Source: Verrucomicrobiota bacterium (GTDB taxonomy: Bacteria; Verrucomicrobiota; Verrucomicrobiia; Opitutales; Cerasicoccaceae). Taken from it: DNA of 64,000 nucleotides. Location: positions 147,581-211,580 of the forward strand of contig JBCBUK010000009.1 in assembly GCA_039818205.1 (NCBI GenBank). Direction: 5' to 3'. Position numbers and translations under genes: made by a program. Of the stretch, positions 1-9,065 are shown in pieces (position 1 is the stretch's first letter; each line of letters starts with the position of its first letter). Under the pieces are notes generated by a model, which was not told where the DNA came from, ran no database searches, and saw only the letters and a list, made by a program, of their open reading frames with translations.

Positions 1-1334
1 GCAAATCCGCCTTCCTTACACTGCATAGCGCGGCACCAGCGGATCGCGCGGTCCAGAGTCTGCTCTTGCTCGCGGGTGTTCGAGGCAAGCAAGGGCTTTA
101 GGCCGAGGACTACCTGGAAGGTGTCATCGACGTCGGGGTACCAATCGTTGTTAAATTCAAACGCCCAACCAGCAGCCTCAGGGAAGTCGCAATTTTCCTT
201 CCAGTCACCCCGGATTTTGATCTCGCGCTCGAGGAGCCAGTCAGCCGCTTTCTGTAAGCGTGCGTCGGCTGGGTCCATACCGCTTTCAGCCATGGCCATG
301 GTGATGATTGCCGTGTCCCAAACCGGAGAGAAACAGGGAGCGATGCGCCAGTCCTCGGGGCCATCCGTGGAGTTGCCCTTGGTCTTGCCGTAGGTTGGCC
401 ACCAGGCGCTGTCCTGAGTCAGTTCTTCAAAGTGCCGAAGGTTCTTTTCAAAGATCCAGTGGTCCTTCTTGTAGCCCAGACATTCGAGGGCGACGAGGAC
501 GTTCATGATGGCCGGAAAGATGGCTCCCATGCCATCGGATCCATGGGAAATGCGATCGCACATCCAGCCTTCCGCTTGCTGCAAGGCACGCTTGCGGAAC
601 AGACCCTCGGGAAGATGATTTACGATACGACCCAGCTTATCCAGGGTTAGGAAAAAGTTTTTCCAAGAAATCTTCTTCTCGCTCCACTGGACGCTGTAAT
701 CGCCGTCCATCTTGCCGTCAGGATAAAGTTCATTGAGGTCCGGGCAGTGCTCAATCTTGCGGGTGGGTTTGAAGTGGTTGATGACCGCCAGCGGCACGAG
801 CATGTTACGCGTCCAACTGGATACCCGATAGATATGAATCGGCGACCATTTCGGTAGCAGCATGACCTCGACCGGGATGAGTGGGCAGTCTTTCCAGGGG
901 AAGCAACCAACGAGGGCCAGATAGAGTTTGTGCCAAGTGCACATGGCGGGAATGCCGCCGAGTTCCAAAGCCTTGTCGCGCGCCTTGATCATGATCTCGG
1001 CGTTTGGGCTTTCACCGGCTAACTTGAGAGCGTGGTATCCTTTAACCGTGGCGTTGATTTCGCTGGGGCCACCCGGAAATTGAGGCCAGCCACCGTCTTC
1101 GTTCTGCCGGCTCTTGATGAATTTAACGATACGGTCCTGCGGAATGCGATCGACATCATCTGCCCAATAAAAATACAGGAGATAATCACAGGCGACCGTT
1201 GAGTCGATCGGGAGTTCGCAATTCCAGTATCCGCCTTCTTCCTGGATCGAGAAGAGATACTCGCGGATGCGTTCAATCGCCTTGTCGACGTTGTTCGAGG
1301 AAATACTATCTGCCATCGGGATGGATTCCGCCAT
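1..1334 (-). CDS. shc: Squalene-hopene cyclase (3' end truncated by window edge)
   Basis: Manual minus-strand translation, not in the ORF track: MAESIPMADS...YLFSIQEEGGYW, RQNEDGGW (QW-type motifs), SSWTR, PCFSPVWDT, GWAFEFNNDWYPDVDDT (DxDD at 123-134). Alternative in-frame ATG at 1316. Confidence 0.93.
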   Translation of the reverse strand, partial: MAESIPMADSISSNNVDKAIERIREYLFSIQEEGGYWNCELPIDSTVACDYLLYFYWADDVDRIPQDRIVKFIKSRQNEDGGWPQFPGGPSEINATVKGYHALKLAGESPNAEIMIKARDKALELGGIPAMCTWHKLYLALVGCFPWKDCPLIPVEVMLLPKWSPIHIYRVSSWTRNMLVPLAVINHFKPTRKIEHCPDLNELYPDGKMDGDYSVQWSEKKISWKNFFLTLDKLGRIVNHLPEGLFRKRALQQAEGWMCDRISHGSDGMGAIFPAIMNVLVALECLGYKKDHWIFEKNLRHFEELTQDSAWWPTYGKTKGNSTDGPEDWRIAPCFSPVWDTAIITMAMAESGMDPADARLQKAADWLLEREIKIRGDWKENCDFPEAAGWAFEFNNDWYPDVDDTFQVVLGLKPLLASNTREQEQTLDRAIRWCRAMQCKEGGF

Positions 1335-1384
1335 GGTCGCTGGAGATAGACGATTTTACGCCGAAACCAAGCAAAATCGTTCCG

Positions 1385-2059
1385 TTAGCTTCTGCGTCGA
1401 CGCCGCAAACCGATCGCTAGACTGACGATCGCCCCAAATCCTAGAGCATAGTGGCTGGGCTCTGGAATAGGCGTTGCGGAGACAGTCACATTGTCGATTT
1501 GGACAACGTCAACGAGTTCAAGCAACTCAACGAATTGTAATCGGAGTCCGCCGGTGCTGATGTTGTTGAGCGCGGTGATGCTGCTCAGGTCCAAATCAAG
1601 TGTTGTATAGATCGGGGCTGGTTCTCCGATGAATGAAAACGCAACCCAATTCCCGCCATTGTTAGTCGAATACTGAATCTCGTAGCTTTGGAGGTTTGCG
1701 CCGATAACATCGCGACTCAGATCGAAGCTGAAGTGGATGTCTTGCATGCCAGTAAAATCGAGACCAGTGATTTCCATTGTTCCGGTCTCAGCGGCAACAC
1801 CCAGGCTAAAATATTGCAGGGCGTCTCCGGCCGGCTGACCAAACTGAGCGTTGAGCGAGGTGCCCGTTCCCAGCTGATTAACATTAGACGCTATTGCCAG
1901 CGGCTGTAGGTCAACGGTCATCGTGCCACTCGAGTTGGCAGATGGAAAACGACTCAGATCATTGGAATTGAAATCCCAATAGCCAATAATGTCGGCTGAG
2001 GCTAGGTTGACAACGATTGCACCGGAGATGGCCAGTGAGAGAAGTCTGGGAGATTTCAT
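1385..2059 (-). CDS. PEP-CTERM sorting domain protein
   Basis: Signal peptide; C-terminal IPEPS, transmembrane helix and RRRRRS tail. Confidence 0.9.
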   Translation of the reverse strand: MKSPRLLSLAISGAIVVNLASADIIGYWDFNSNDLSRFPSANSSGTMTVDLQPLAIASNVNQLGTGTSLNAQFGQPAGDALQYFSLGVAAETGTMEITGLDFTGMQDIHFSFDLSRDVIGANLQSYEIQYSTNNGGNWVAFSFIGEPAPIYTTLDLDLSSITALNNISTGGLRLQFVELLELVDVVQIDNVTVSATPIPEPSHYALGFGAIVSLAIGLRRRRRS

Positions 2060-2089
2060 GGCAGTAAATGGTTGGTCGCCGCGGTTCTT

Positions 2090-2974
2090 TTATTGAGGCA
2101 AGCGATCTTCTTTTTCTTGGCGAGACTGTTCGATTTCCTGTTGGTAATTCTCAATGAAGTCCTGGTATTGGCCCATGATCTCGTTGTAAGGATCGGCAAT
2201 TGGACTGGTTGCAAAGCTAGAAAATGTCGTTGGTGTAATGATAGCGGCGATTCCAACCACAACTAGCACGAAAGATTTGCCAGCATTCTTAAGGTCAACG
2301 ACGAGGTAGATGAGGGCTGCAAGCGGTGAAAGTAAAAATACCGCAATGCCCCACGCCCAGTGTTTCATGAAAGCGCGTACGAGCCAGGCAATTTGGCCTG
2401 CTAGGACCATAAGAACTCCAGCACCCATTACGATGGCATGCCAATACTCCATCTTTATCACTGAACCAATCCCAGCGAGAACAAGCATCACCGCGAAAAA
2501 GGCCGATTCAAAAGAGCCCAAACCGATACTCTCGAAGAAGCCTACTTTCGGTTTGCTCAGGAGTTTACTTTGGGCACTGATCGACTTCGCGCTTTGGCCA
2601 TCTTCTCCGCCTTCGGAAAGCATCTCCTGAATATCGACTGCGCCCGCGGGATCTTCCTCCTTGAGGTTGATCTTATCAAACTCTTTGGCGCCGCCAAGCT
2701 TGAGGCCACCCGATGGGCGATCACTCTCAAAGGGCTCGGGGGTTCTGTCTTTGGGTGGAGCGGTCGTCGTCGGTGGCGGTGCGGCAACTTTCACGACGGC
2801 AAGTTCCGGAATCGCGCTTATGGCGAGCCATTCGGCCATGCCGCTTTTCCATACCGGTGTCTCCGGGCTAACGCGGCCCGTTTCGACGAATTGTTTGACT
2901 TGTTCCGCGGTGAAGGGGCCGACTTGCTGGCCAGAGTCCGCGTAGTACCAAATACTGTCTGTTTGTTCAGCCAT
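2090..2974 (-). CDS. GYF_2/DUF4339 domain membrane protein
   Basis: N-terminal WYYA..GQQVGPF...TPVWKSGMAEW..I..IPEL motif, Pro-rich linker, several C-terminal TM helices. Confidence 0.8.
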   Translation of the reverse strand: MAEQTDSIWYYADSGQQVGPFTAEQVKQFVETGRVSPETPVWKSGMAEWLAISAIPELAVVKVAAPPPTTTAPPKDRTPEPFESDRPSGGLKLGGAKEFDKINLKEEDPAGAVDIQEMLSEGGEDGQSAKSISAQSKLLSKPKVGFFESIGLGSFESAFFAVMLVLAGIGSVIKMEYWHAIVMGAGVLMVLAGQIAWLVRAFMKHWAWGIAVFLLSPLAALIYLVVDLKNAGKSFVLVVVGIAAIITPTTFSSFATSPIADPYNEIMGQYQDFIENYQQEIEQSRQEKEDRLPQ

Positions 2975-3090
2975 AGATGGGTTAATGGGTTTACTAAAAA
3001 CACATTAGGCATGACTTGGCGAGCATTGAACCTTAAGTTTAATGTGAAACTGTAGTTGCCCTCCCGGAGCGACCTCGCCAGAACTCACGG

Positions 3091-3759
3091 ATGATTGGAA
3101 TCGTCTTTCCCAGCCACTTTGAAGGGGCTGAATTCATTGCTCGGATGGATAATAAGGCCGGAGCCCGCCTGCAGCCAAACCTACCCAGTTGGCGGGGCAG
3201 TATCCAAGGGCAGGATATTGCCGTCGGCGTCATCGGAATGGGCCCGCCACATTGTGCCAGTCGGGCGGATTACTTTATCGGATTCTATCAGCCCAAGGTG
3301 GTCGTTTTGGCTGGCTTTGCGGGTGCACTGGATCCGGCGTTGAAACGAGGCGAGGTCATTATCAATCGCGGGACAGGCAATATCCATACGGCCAATGAGG
3401 TGATCGCAACGGTCGCCGATAAGTCTCGTCTCCTTGAGCAGACCGGGTCACCACTAGTTGATATGGAAAGCGACCATGTGGCGGAAGTCGCCCAAAAGCG
3501 CGATGTTTCGCTAATTGTCATCCGCGCGGTTAGTGATTTGGCAACGGAGGATGTGCCAGTTGATATTCTCGGTCGCAGTTATGATCAAGAGCGCGGGGTG
3601 ACCACACCCTTAAAGCTCGCCGCCTATTTGGCGTTCCACTGGGGCGATATTGGGCGACTGATGCGGTTTTTGAAGCCGTTGTCGGATGTTAGACGGGGAC
3701 TGACCAGCGTTGTATTGTCGGAGGTGTTGAAAGTCGCGGATCAATCAAAGGAGACATGA
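3091..3759 (+). CDS. Nucleoside phosphorylase family protein (MTA/SAH nucleosidase-like; possibly HpnG)
   Basis: GMG, LAGFAGAL, VDMES and IRAVSD motifs; lies near shc. Confidence 0.75.
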   Translation: MIGIVFPSHFEGAEFIARMDNKAGARLQPNLPSWRGSIQGQDIAVGVIGMGPPHCASRADYFIGFYQPKVVVLAGFAGALDPALKRGEVIINRGTGNIHTANEVIATVADKSRLLEQTGSPLVDMESDHVAEVAQKRDVSLIVIRAVSDLATEDVPVDILGRSYDQERGVTTPLKLAAYLAFHWGDIGRLMRFLKPLSDVRRGLTSVVLSEVLKVADQSKET

Positions 3760-3803
3760 GTTTCCGCTGGCCAATAAATGGCTGGCTTACATAGTTTAAA
3801 GGC

Positions 3804-4247
3804 ATGCGCGGTGACAAGAGTACGAAACAGGCCCAGGTTCGGGTCGGCTACGATGGCCTGGTCCGAAAGACCTTCCTTGGGCCAATGGCGAAGGAGCGTT
3901 TTGAGAATGAGCTTCGGGTACTCACTTACCTGCAAGAGCGCGGTTGCGAATTCGTGCCCAAGATCATTGATAACGAACCAGAACGCCTCTACATGGTGAC
4001 CACGAATTGTGGCAAGGTTGTGGAAAAGATCAGTGATGATAAGCTGGAGAAAATCTTCACCGAGCTGGAAACATACGGTGTTCGGCACGAGGATCGGTTT
4101 GCGCGCAATGTCACTTACAATCCACAGCTCGGGCGCTTTTGCCTGATCGATTTTGAGTTCTCGACGATCCTGGAAACAGGCGAAGGACTAACCGTGGACG
4201 AGGTCACGCATTATCGCCTAGAACAACAGCGAGGCCAGGTTGATTAG
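3804..4247 (+). CDS. Small protein-kinase-like fold protein
   Basis: VRK (candidate catalytic Lys), ENE (alphaC Glu), HEDRFARN catalytic loop, LIDFE (DFG-like). Confidence 0.65.
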   Translation: MRGDKSTKQAQVRVGYDGLVRKTFLGPMAKERFENELRVLTYLQERGCEFVPKIIDNEPERLYMVTTNCGKVVEKISDDKLEKIFTELETYGVRHEDRFARNVTYNPQLGRFCLIDFEFSTILETGEGLTVDEVTHYRLEQQRGQVD

Positions 4248-4249
4248 TT

Positions 4250-5083
4250 ATGTCCGGGCCGATTTTGACACCTCCAAAGGGTCTGCGTTGGTGGGGCATG
4301 ACCGACAAGGGACGTTTTCGAAAGAACAACGAAGATGCCTTCCTTGGGCTAAAGGTCGATGGTCGGGAGATTTTTCGCCTCGGCAAAGTTGGTGAATCGC
4401 ACTTTTCCGATGGCGATTTTGTCTTTGCGGTCAGCGATGGCATGGGCGGCGCGAACGCAGGTGAGTTTGCTAGCCGCATTGCAGTCGATAAAATCACTCA
4501 TTTGTTTCCGCAGGCCTTCAAAATGCGGGCTGCTGGATTGACCAGCGGTGGTGATGATTTAATCGCCGAGACCATTGATCTCATTCACCGGGAAATGAAG
4601 TTACAGGGTGCCGCCTACGAGGAAACCCACGGGATGGGGGCCACCTTGAGCCTTTGCTGGTTTACGCCGGAGCGGGCCTACTTCGGCCACGTGGGTGATA
4701 GCCGCATCTACCACTTGGCTAAGGACGACGGATACCTGCAGATCACCCATGATCACACCCACGTTGGGTGGTTGTTGCGCCAGGGCAAAATCACCGAGGT
4801 CGAAGCCCGGCATCATCCCGGCAAATCGGCCCTGCAGATGGCGCTCGGCGGACGCATCGAGAATGTCGAACCTCAGATTGGTGACGTACTCTTTGAAGCC
4901 GGGGACTGGTTCGTGTTTTGCACGGACGGCATCTCGGATGGGGTGAGCTCCCGTAAGATTGATGACTTGATCCGCACGCCGTCACCGATCGCGGAAAAGC
5001 TGCTTCCAGCCGAACGGCTCATCCGGGAGGCCTGGGACCTTTCCCGCGACAACATGACCGCGATGGTGGTCGAGGTGTTTTAG
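4250..5083 (+). CDS. PP2C-family Ser/Thr protein phosphatase
   Basis: RKNNED, VSDGMGG, GHVGDSR, CTDG and DNMT motifs. Confidence 0.93.
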   Translation: MSGPILTPPKGLRWWGMTDKGRFRKNNEDAFLGLKVDGREIFRLGKVGESHFSDGDFVFAVSDGMGGANAGEFASRIAVDKITHLFPQAFKMRAAGLTSGGDDLIAETIDLIHREMKLQGAAYEETHGMGATLSLCWFTPERAYFGHVGDSRIYHLAKDDGYLQITHDHTHVGWLLRQGKITEVEARHHPGKSALQMALGGRIENVEPQIGDVLFEAGDWFVFCTDGISDGVSSRKIDDLIRTPSPIAEKLLPAERLIREAWDLSRDNMTAMVVEVF

Positions 5084-5128
5084 TGTCGTAAGATTGACCT
5101 CTGCGACGCCGTTTTCCGATGGCTGCTC

Positions 5129-5209
5129 ATGGCCAATCTATTTGCCGTGGCAGCACTCCTCTTTTCATCGGTTTTCATCCTGGTAGCGGCATGGCGTTGG
5201 CATTGTTGA
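5129..5209 (+). CDS. Possible 26-aa single-TM peptide
   Basis: MANLFAVAALLFSSVFILVAAWRWHC in the gap between PP2C and fmt; no other support. Confidence 0.25.
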   Translation: MANLFAVAALLFSSVFILVAAWRWHC

Positions 5210-5343
5210 CTGCGCTCAACACAGGCACGCCTTGGACCACGGTTTGCGGGACGTGAATGAGGATGTCATGGTGATCAAAGAAAAACCGCTGACGGTGAAG
5301 AAACGTTAGACTTGTTTCCGGTCGATCGCTTACGGTCACCAAT

Positions 5344-6327
5344 ATGCAGAACCTCGTCTTCTTTGGATCAGATCCGATATCATTGCCTTTGCTGGATTGG
5401 CTGCGGGAGTATTCCGGGCAGGGCTATCGTCTGGTCGGAGTTGTTAGCCAGCCGGATCGCCCGAAGGGCCGAGGCAAGAAGCTTGCGCCCAATGAGATTT
5501 CTGCCTGGGCGTTGGCCAATGACATCGAGCTGCACCGTCCAGAGAAACCGGGTCCTGAGCTCGAAGCTTGGCTGCGGGAGCAGCGGGTTGAGTTGGCGTT
5601 GGTGATGGCCTATGGACACATCTTGAAGAAGTCGCTTTTGGCGATTCCGCCGCTGGGGTTCGTGAACTTTCATGCCTCGCTCTTACCGTCTTATCGTGGA
5701 GCTTCGCCGATTGAATCGGCTATTGCCAACGGCGAAACTGAAACCGGTGTTTCGTTGATGCGCATCATACCCAAAATGGATGCCGGTGCGGTATGTGACG
5801 TGGAGAAAGTGGCGGTGGCACCCAATGATTCGGGTGGGTCGGTGCGCGAAAAGTTGGCCGATGCTTGCGTCCCACTCTTGTCCCGAGGCCTCCCAAGCTT
5901 GCTTAATCGATCGGCGACTTTCACGGAGCAGGATGAAGCCGCAGTTTCATACTGCCGCAAGTTGGTAAAGACGGATGGTGAGTTGGACTTCGAGGCCTCC
6001 GCAAAGGTGCTTGCAGCACGGGTCAACGGATTATTTCCGTGGCCTGGGTGCTATTTGGATTACGACGGTGTCCGTATCAAGGTTAAGGACGCCTCCTGTG
6101 AGACGGGTCATGGCGCTCCGGGTGAGGTGCTTTCCTCCGATCGCAATGGCTTGGTTATTGCTTGTGGGGAAGGGGCACTGCGGGTGCATGAGTTGCAGCG
6201 CCCTGGTGGAAAAATGCTTCCTGCGGATGACTTTTTCCGGGGTTTTAGCATTGCTCCGGGAACTTTTGTGCAAGGGGGCGAACTCAGCAATTTAGTGTCA
6301 AAAACTCCATTTTTACGGAAAGCTTAG
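5344..6327 (+). CDS. fmt: Methionyl-tRNA formyltransferase
   Basis: VSQPDRPKGRG, NFHASLLPSYRGASPI, MDAG and PWPG motifs. Confidence 0.96.
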   Translation: MQNLVFFGSDPISLPLLDWLREYSGQGYRLVGVVSQPDRPKGRGKKLAPNEISAWALANDIELHRPEKPGPELEAWLREQRVELALVMAYGHILKKSLLAIPPLGFVNFHASLLPSYRGASPIESAIANGETETGVSLMRIIPKMDAGAVCDVEKVAVAPNDSGGSVREKLADACVPLLSRGLPSLLNRSATFTEQDEAAVSYCRKLVKTDGELDFEASAKVLAARVNGLFPWPGCYLDYDGVRIKVKDASCETGHGAPGEVLSSDRNGLVIACGEGALRVHELQRPGGKMLPADDFFRGFSIAPGTFVQGGELSNLVSKTPFLRKA

Positions 6328-6370
6328 TGCGATCATCTGATTTTTCTTTCTCTCAACGGACCCACTTTTT

Positions 6371-6973
6371 ATGACCAAAGATATGTTTCGACGAATTTAC
6401 ATTTTTTGCTTCTTTGCCATCACACCGCTCGCTGTGTTCGGGCAATCCAGCAGCCAGGTCGCCCGCCTGACCCAAGATGTCCAATTGATGAACGAACAGT
6501 TGGGTAAGATGAGATTGCAGGTGGAATCCTTGCAGCGCACTCAGAATCAATTGCTCGATTCGTTTGATCGGATCATGAAGCGGCAGAATGATCTGGTTGC
6601 CAACTATCAGACCTTGGTTGCAGATACCGAATCGAAGATCAATGAGCTACCCGAACGCGAGGCCGCGATGAAGCGTGAGATCATCACCGAGGTCTCCAAG
6701 CAGATCAATGCGCTTGCCGCCGAAACTCAGAAAGCGATCGACACATTGGCAAAAGCCAACTCGGCGAAGCCACAGGTCCAGGTGAAAACTAATTTCAGCG
6801 ATGACTATCCAGAAACCGGTATTGTCCACGTGGTAAAGCGCGGCGAAACAATATCTGGGATTGCGCGCCAGCATGGGTCGACGATTCAGGATATCATGAA
6901 TGCCAACCGGATTGCGAATGCTACTGGCCTGAAGGCTGGAGAGACGATTTTCGTTCCCGTGAACGACGAGTAA
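6371..6973 (+). CDS. Secreted coiled-coil protein with C-terminal LysM domain
   Basis: Signal peptide, heptad-rich middle, HVVKRGETISGIA...IMNAN...GETIFVP. Confidence 0.88.
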   Translation: MTKDMFRRIYIFCFFAITPLAVFGQSSSQVARLTQDVQLMNEQLGKMRLQVESLQRTQNQLLDSFDRIMKRQNDLVANYQTLVADTESKINELPEREAAMKREIITEVSKQINALAAETQKAIDTLAKANSAKPQVQVKTNFSDDYPETGIVHVVKRGETISGIARQHGSTIQDIMNANRIANATGLKAGETIFVPVNDE

Positions 6974-7023
6974 TGATTGAAAAAGTCTTTGTGTTTCGAG
7001 GCGCAAGTATGCTCAACTAGATT

Positions 7024-7974
7024 ATGGCATCTCCAAAGAGTAGGTTAGGTCGCGGTTTAGGCGGCATTATTTCGGGCGGTGGAGCGAAGAAGGGTGCGGC
7101 AAAGAAAGCGACTGCTAAGCCCGCCGTATCGGCGTCCAAAAAAGCCGAACCGGCACCTCCGAAGAAAAAAGAAGAACCTGCTGGTCCCTACCGGGAAATC
7201 GCCGTTAGCGCGATCGAGCCCAATCCGTATCAGCCGCGCCGCGAAATGGATCCTGAGCATGTTGCGGAACTCGCTGCCAGTATCGCTTCTGAAGGGCTGC
7301 TTCAGCCAATTGTTGTTCGTGAGTCTTCCAAAGGGAAATATGAATTGATCGCGGGTGAACGTCGTTGGCGGGCGCACCAGAAGTTGGGTTTGAAAGCCAT
7401 ATCGGCCCGGGTTATGGCCGCTTCCGACACGTCGTCGGCTGTCATTTCATTGATCGAAAATTTGCAGCGTGAGGGGTTGAATCCGATTGAAGAGGCGCTT
7501 GGTTATGCGAGCCTCATGAAAGATTTCGATCTGACCCAGGAGGCGGTGTCGCAACGCATTGGCCGCCCGCGTGCTTCGATTGCGAACACCCTTCGACTAT
7601 TGGCACTCGATCGCGAGATTCAGGGATACCTTGCGAAGGGAATGCTGTCGACCGGTCATGCTAAGGTACTCCTTGGAGTCGAAGATCCGAGTCAACGCCT
7701 CCTGCTGGCTCGCCGTATCTTGGAGTCCGGGATGAGTGTCCGCGACGCCGAGCGCCAGGTGAAACGCATTAAGAGTGAAGCCTCGCTGCGCGGGGAGAAT
7801 CGCGATGCGCAGGGGGCTGAGGACACTGTTGTCCGCGATCTGGAGAAGCAGCTTTCCAGTCAATTGAACACGAAAGTCCACCTGAAGCATACACCGAAAA
7901 AGGGGCGTATCATCATCGAATATTTCGGAAACGAGGATTTGCAACGGATTCTGGAACGGACCGGCCTGCAATAG
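7024..7974 (+). CDS. parB: Chromosome partitioning protein ParB
   Basis: RLGRGL N-terminus, PNPYQPRR, GLLQPI, IAGERRWRA, ENLQRE, HTH. Confidence 0.95.
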   Translation: MASPKSRLGRGLGGIISGGGAKKGAAKKATAKPAVSASKKAEPAPPKKKEEPAGPYREIAVSAIEPNPYQPRREMDPEHVAELAASIASEGLLQPIVVRESSKGKYELIAGERRWRAHQKLGLKAISARVMAASDTSSAVISLIENLQREGLNPIEEALGYASLMKDFDLTQEAVSQRIGRPRASIANTLRLLALDREIQGYLAKGMLSTGHAKVLLGVEDPSQRLLLARRILESGMSVRDAERQVKRIKSEASLRGENRDAQGAEDTVVRDLEKQLSSQLNTKVHLKHTPKKGRIIIEYFGNEDLQRILERTGLQ

Positions 7975-8075
7975 GTCTATATGTCTTGGATTGAGTTGGA
8001 ATTTCCGTTGGATTTTATCCTTGAAGCGACTGGGCTGACGGGTCAATCTGCGCGGTTTCCCATTTTCTTACCGAT

Positions 8076-9032
8076 ATGAGCGCAATCATTTATGGCCTTC
8101 TTTCCGTCTTGCTGATTTTAGTCAGCGGTTATCTTCTGCTGATTATTCTCATGCAGCGTGCGAGCAGCAATTCTGGCTTGGGCTCGGCTCTTGGCGGTGG
8201 CGCCGCTGAATCCGCATTAGGCGCAGGCGCTGGCAATGTTTTGACCCAAGGAACGATCTGGGGAAGTGCCGCGTTCTTCGTCATTTCGTTCGCTTTGTAT
8301 CTAGGATACCTCGCCCAAGCTGAGGACACCGGACCGAGCAACACTTTGCCAACCGAGATTAGCGCGCCAGAGTCCGAAACCACTGCGACCGAGCCGGTCA
8401 CTACGCCGTTGGTTCAGTTACCCGAAGGCATGGAATTTACCGCAACTAGCCAGCAGCTAGACGGCGACACCACGACGGTAACGACTGATCAAGGAACTTC
8501 GACGGTAACTATTCCGCAGGACGTTCAAGATGCAGTCAACGAGGTGAAGTCTGGTGCTGATTCAGCTGCTAGTGACGTTAAGGACGCGGCCGAGTCGACA
8601 GCTACGAGCATCCAGGAAGGTGCTCAAAACGCTGGTAGCGAGATCCAAGAAGGCGCTGACAAAGCTGGAACCGCTATTAAGGAAGGATCGGAATCCACTT
8701 CGAAATCGATTCAAGAGGGTGCTGATAAGGCCGGGGCTGCGATTCAAGAAGGCGCAGACAAGGCTGGCGCTGCCATTAAGGAAGGATCGGAATCAACCGC
8801 GAAATCGATTCAAAAGGGTGCTGATACGACCGGAGCTGCGATTCAAGAAGGCGCAGACAAGGCTGGCGCTGCTATCCAAGAGGGCGCTGAAGCCGTTGCG
8901 AATGAAGCCCAAAAGGGTGCCGAAGAGGTATCTAATCAATTTGACGCTTTGAAGAAGCAGGCCACTGATGCGGCCGATGACACTGCGGCCGCTGCTGAAT
9001 CGGCGACTTCAGAAGAAACAAAAGCAGAGTAA
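8076..9032 (+). CDS. secG: Preprotein translocase SecG with long acidic repeat tail
   Basis: TM1-ILMQR...GLGSALGGG...NVLT-TM2, the SecG layout, followed by about 240 aa of hydrophilic extension. Confidence 0.85.
   Translation: MSAIIYGLLSVLLILVSGYLLLIILMQRASSNSGLGSALGGGAAESALGAGAGNVLTQGTIWGSAAFFVISFALYLGYLAQAEDTGPSNTLPTEISAPESETTATEPVTTPLVQLPEGMEFTATSQQLDGDTTTVTTDQGTSTVTIPQDVQDAVNEVKSGADSAASDVKDAAESTATSIQEGAQNAGSEIQEGADKAGTAIKEGSESTSKSIQEGADKAGAAIQEGADKAGAAIKEGSESTAKSIQKGADTTGAAIQEGADKAGAAIQEGAEAVANEAQKGAEEVSNQFDALKKQATDAADDTAAAAESATSEETKAE
8610..8906 (+). repeat. Coding 33-bp (11-aa) tandem repeats with a 99-bp higher-order duplication in secG
   Basis: IQEGADKAGAA / IKEGSESTSKS units; ATTAAGGAAGGATCGGAATC recurs at 8676 and 8775. 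Confidence 0.9.
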
Positions 9033-9065
9033 AGTTGTCTCCTAGGTAAGCCGATAGGCTTTCTC

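Noticed and set aside
76..1420. Small ORFs listed in the track for the first 1.4 kb
   Set aside because: They are off-frame or antisense to the continuous shc frame.
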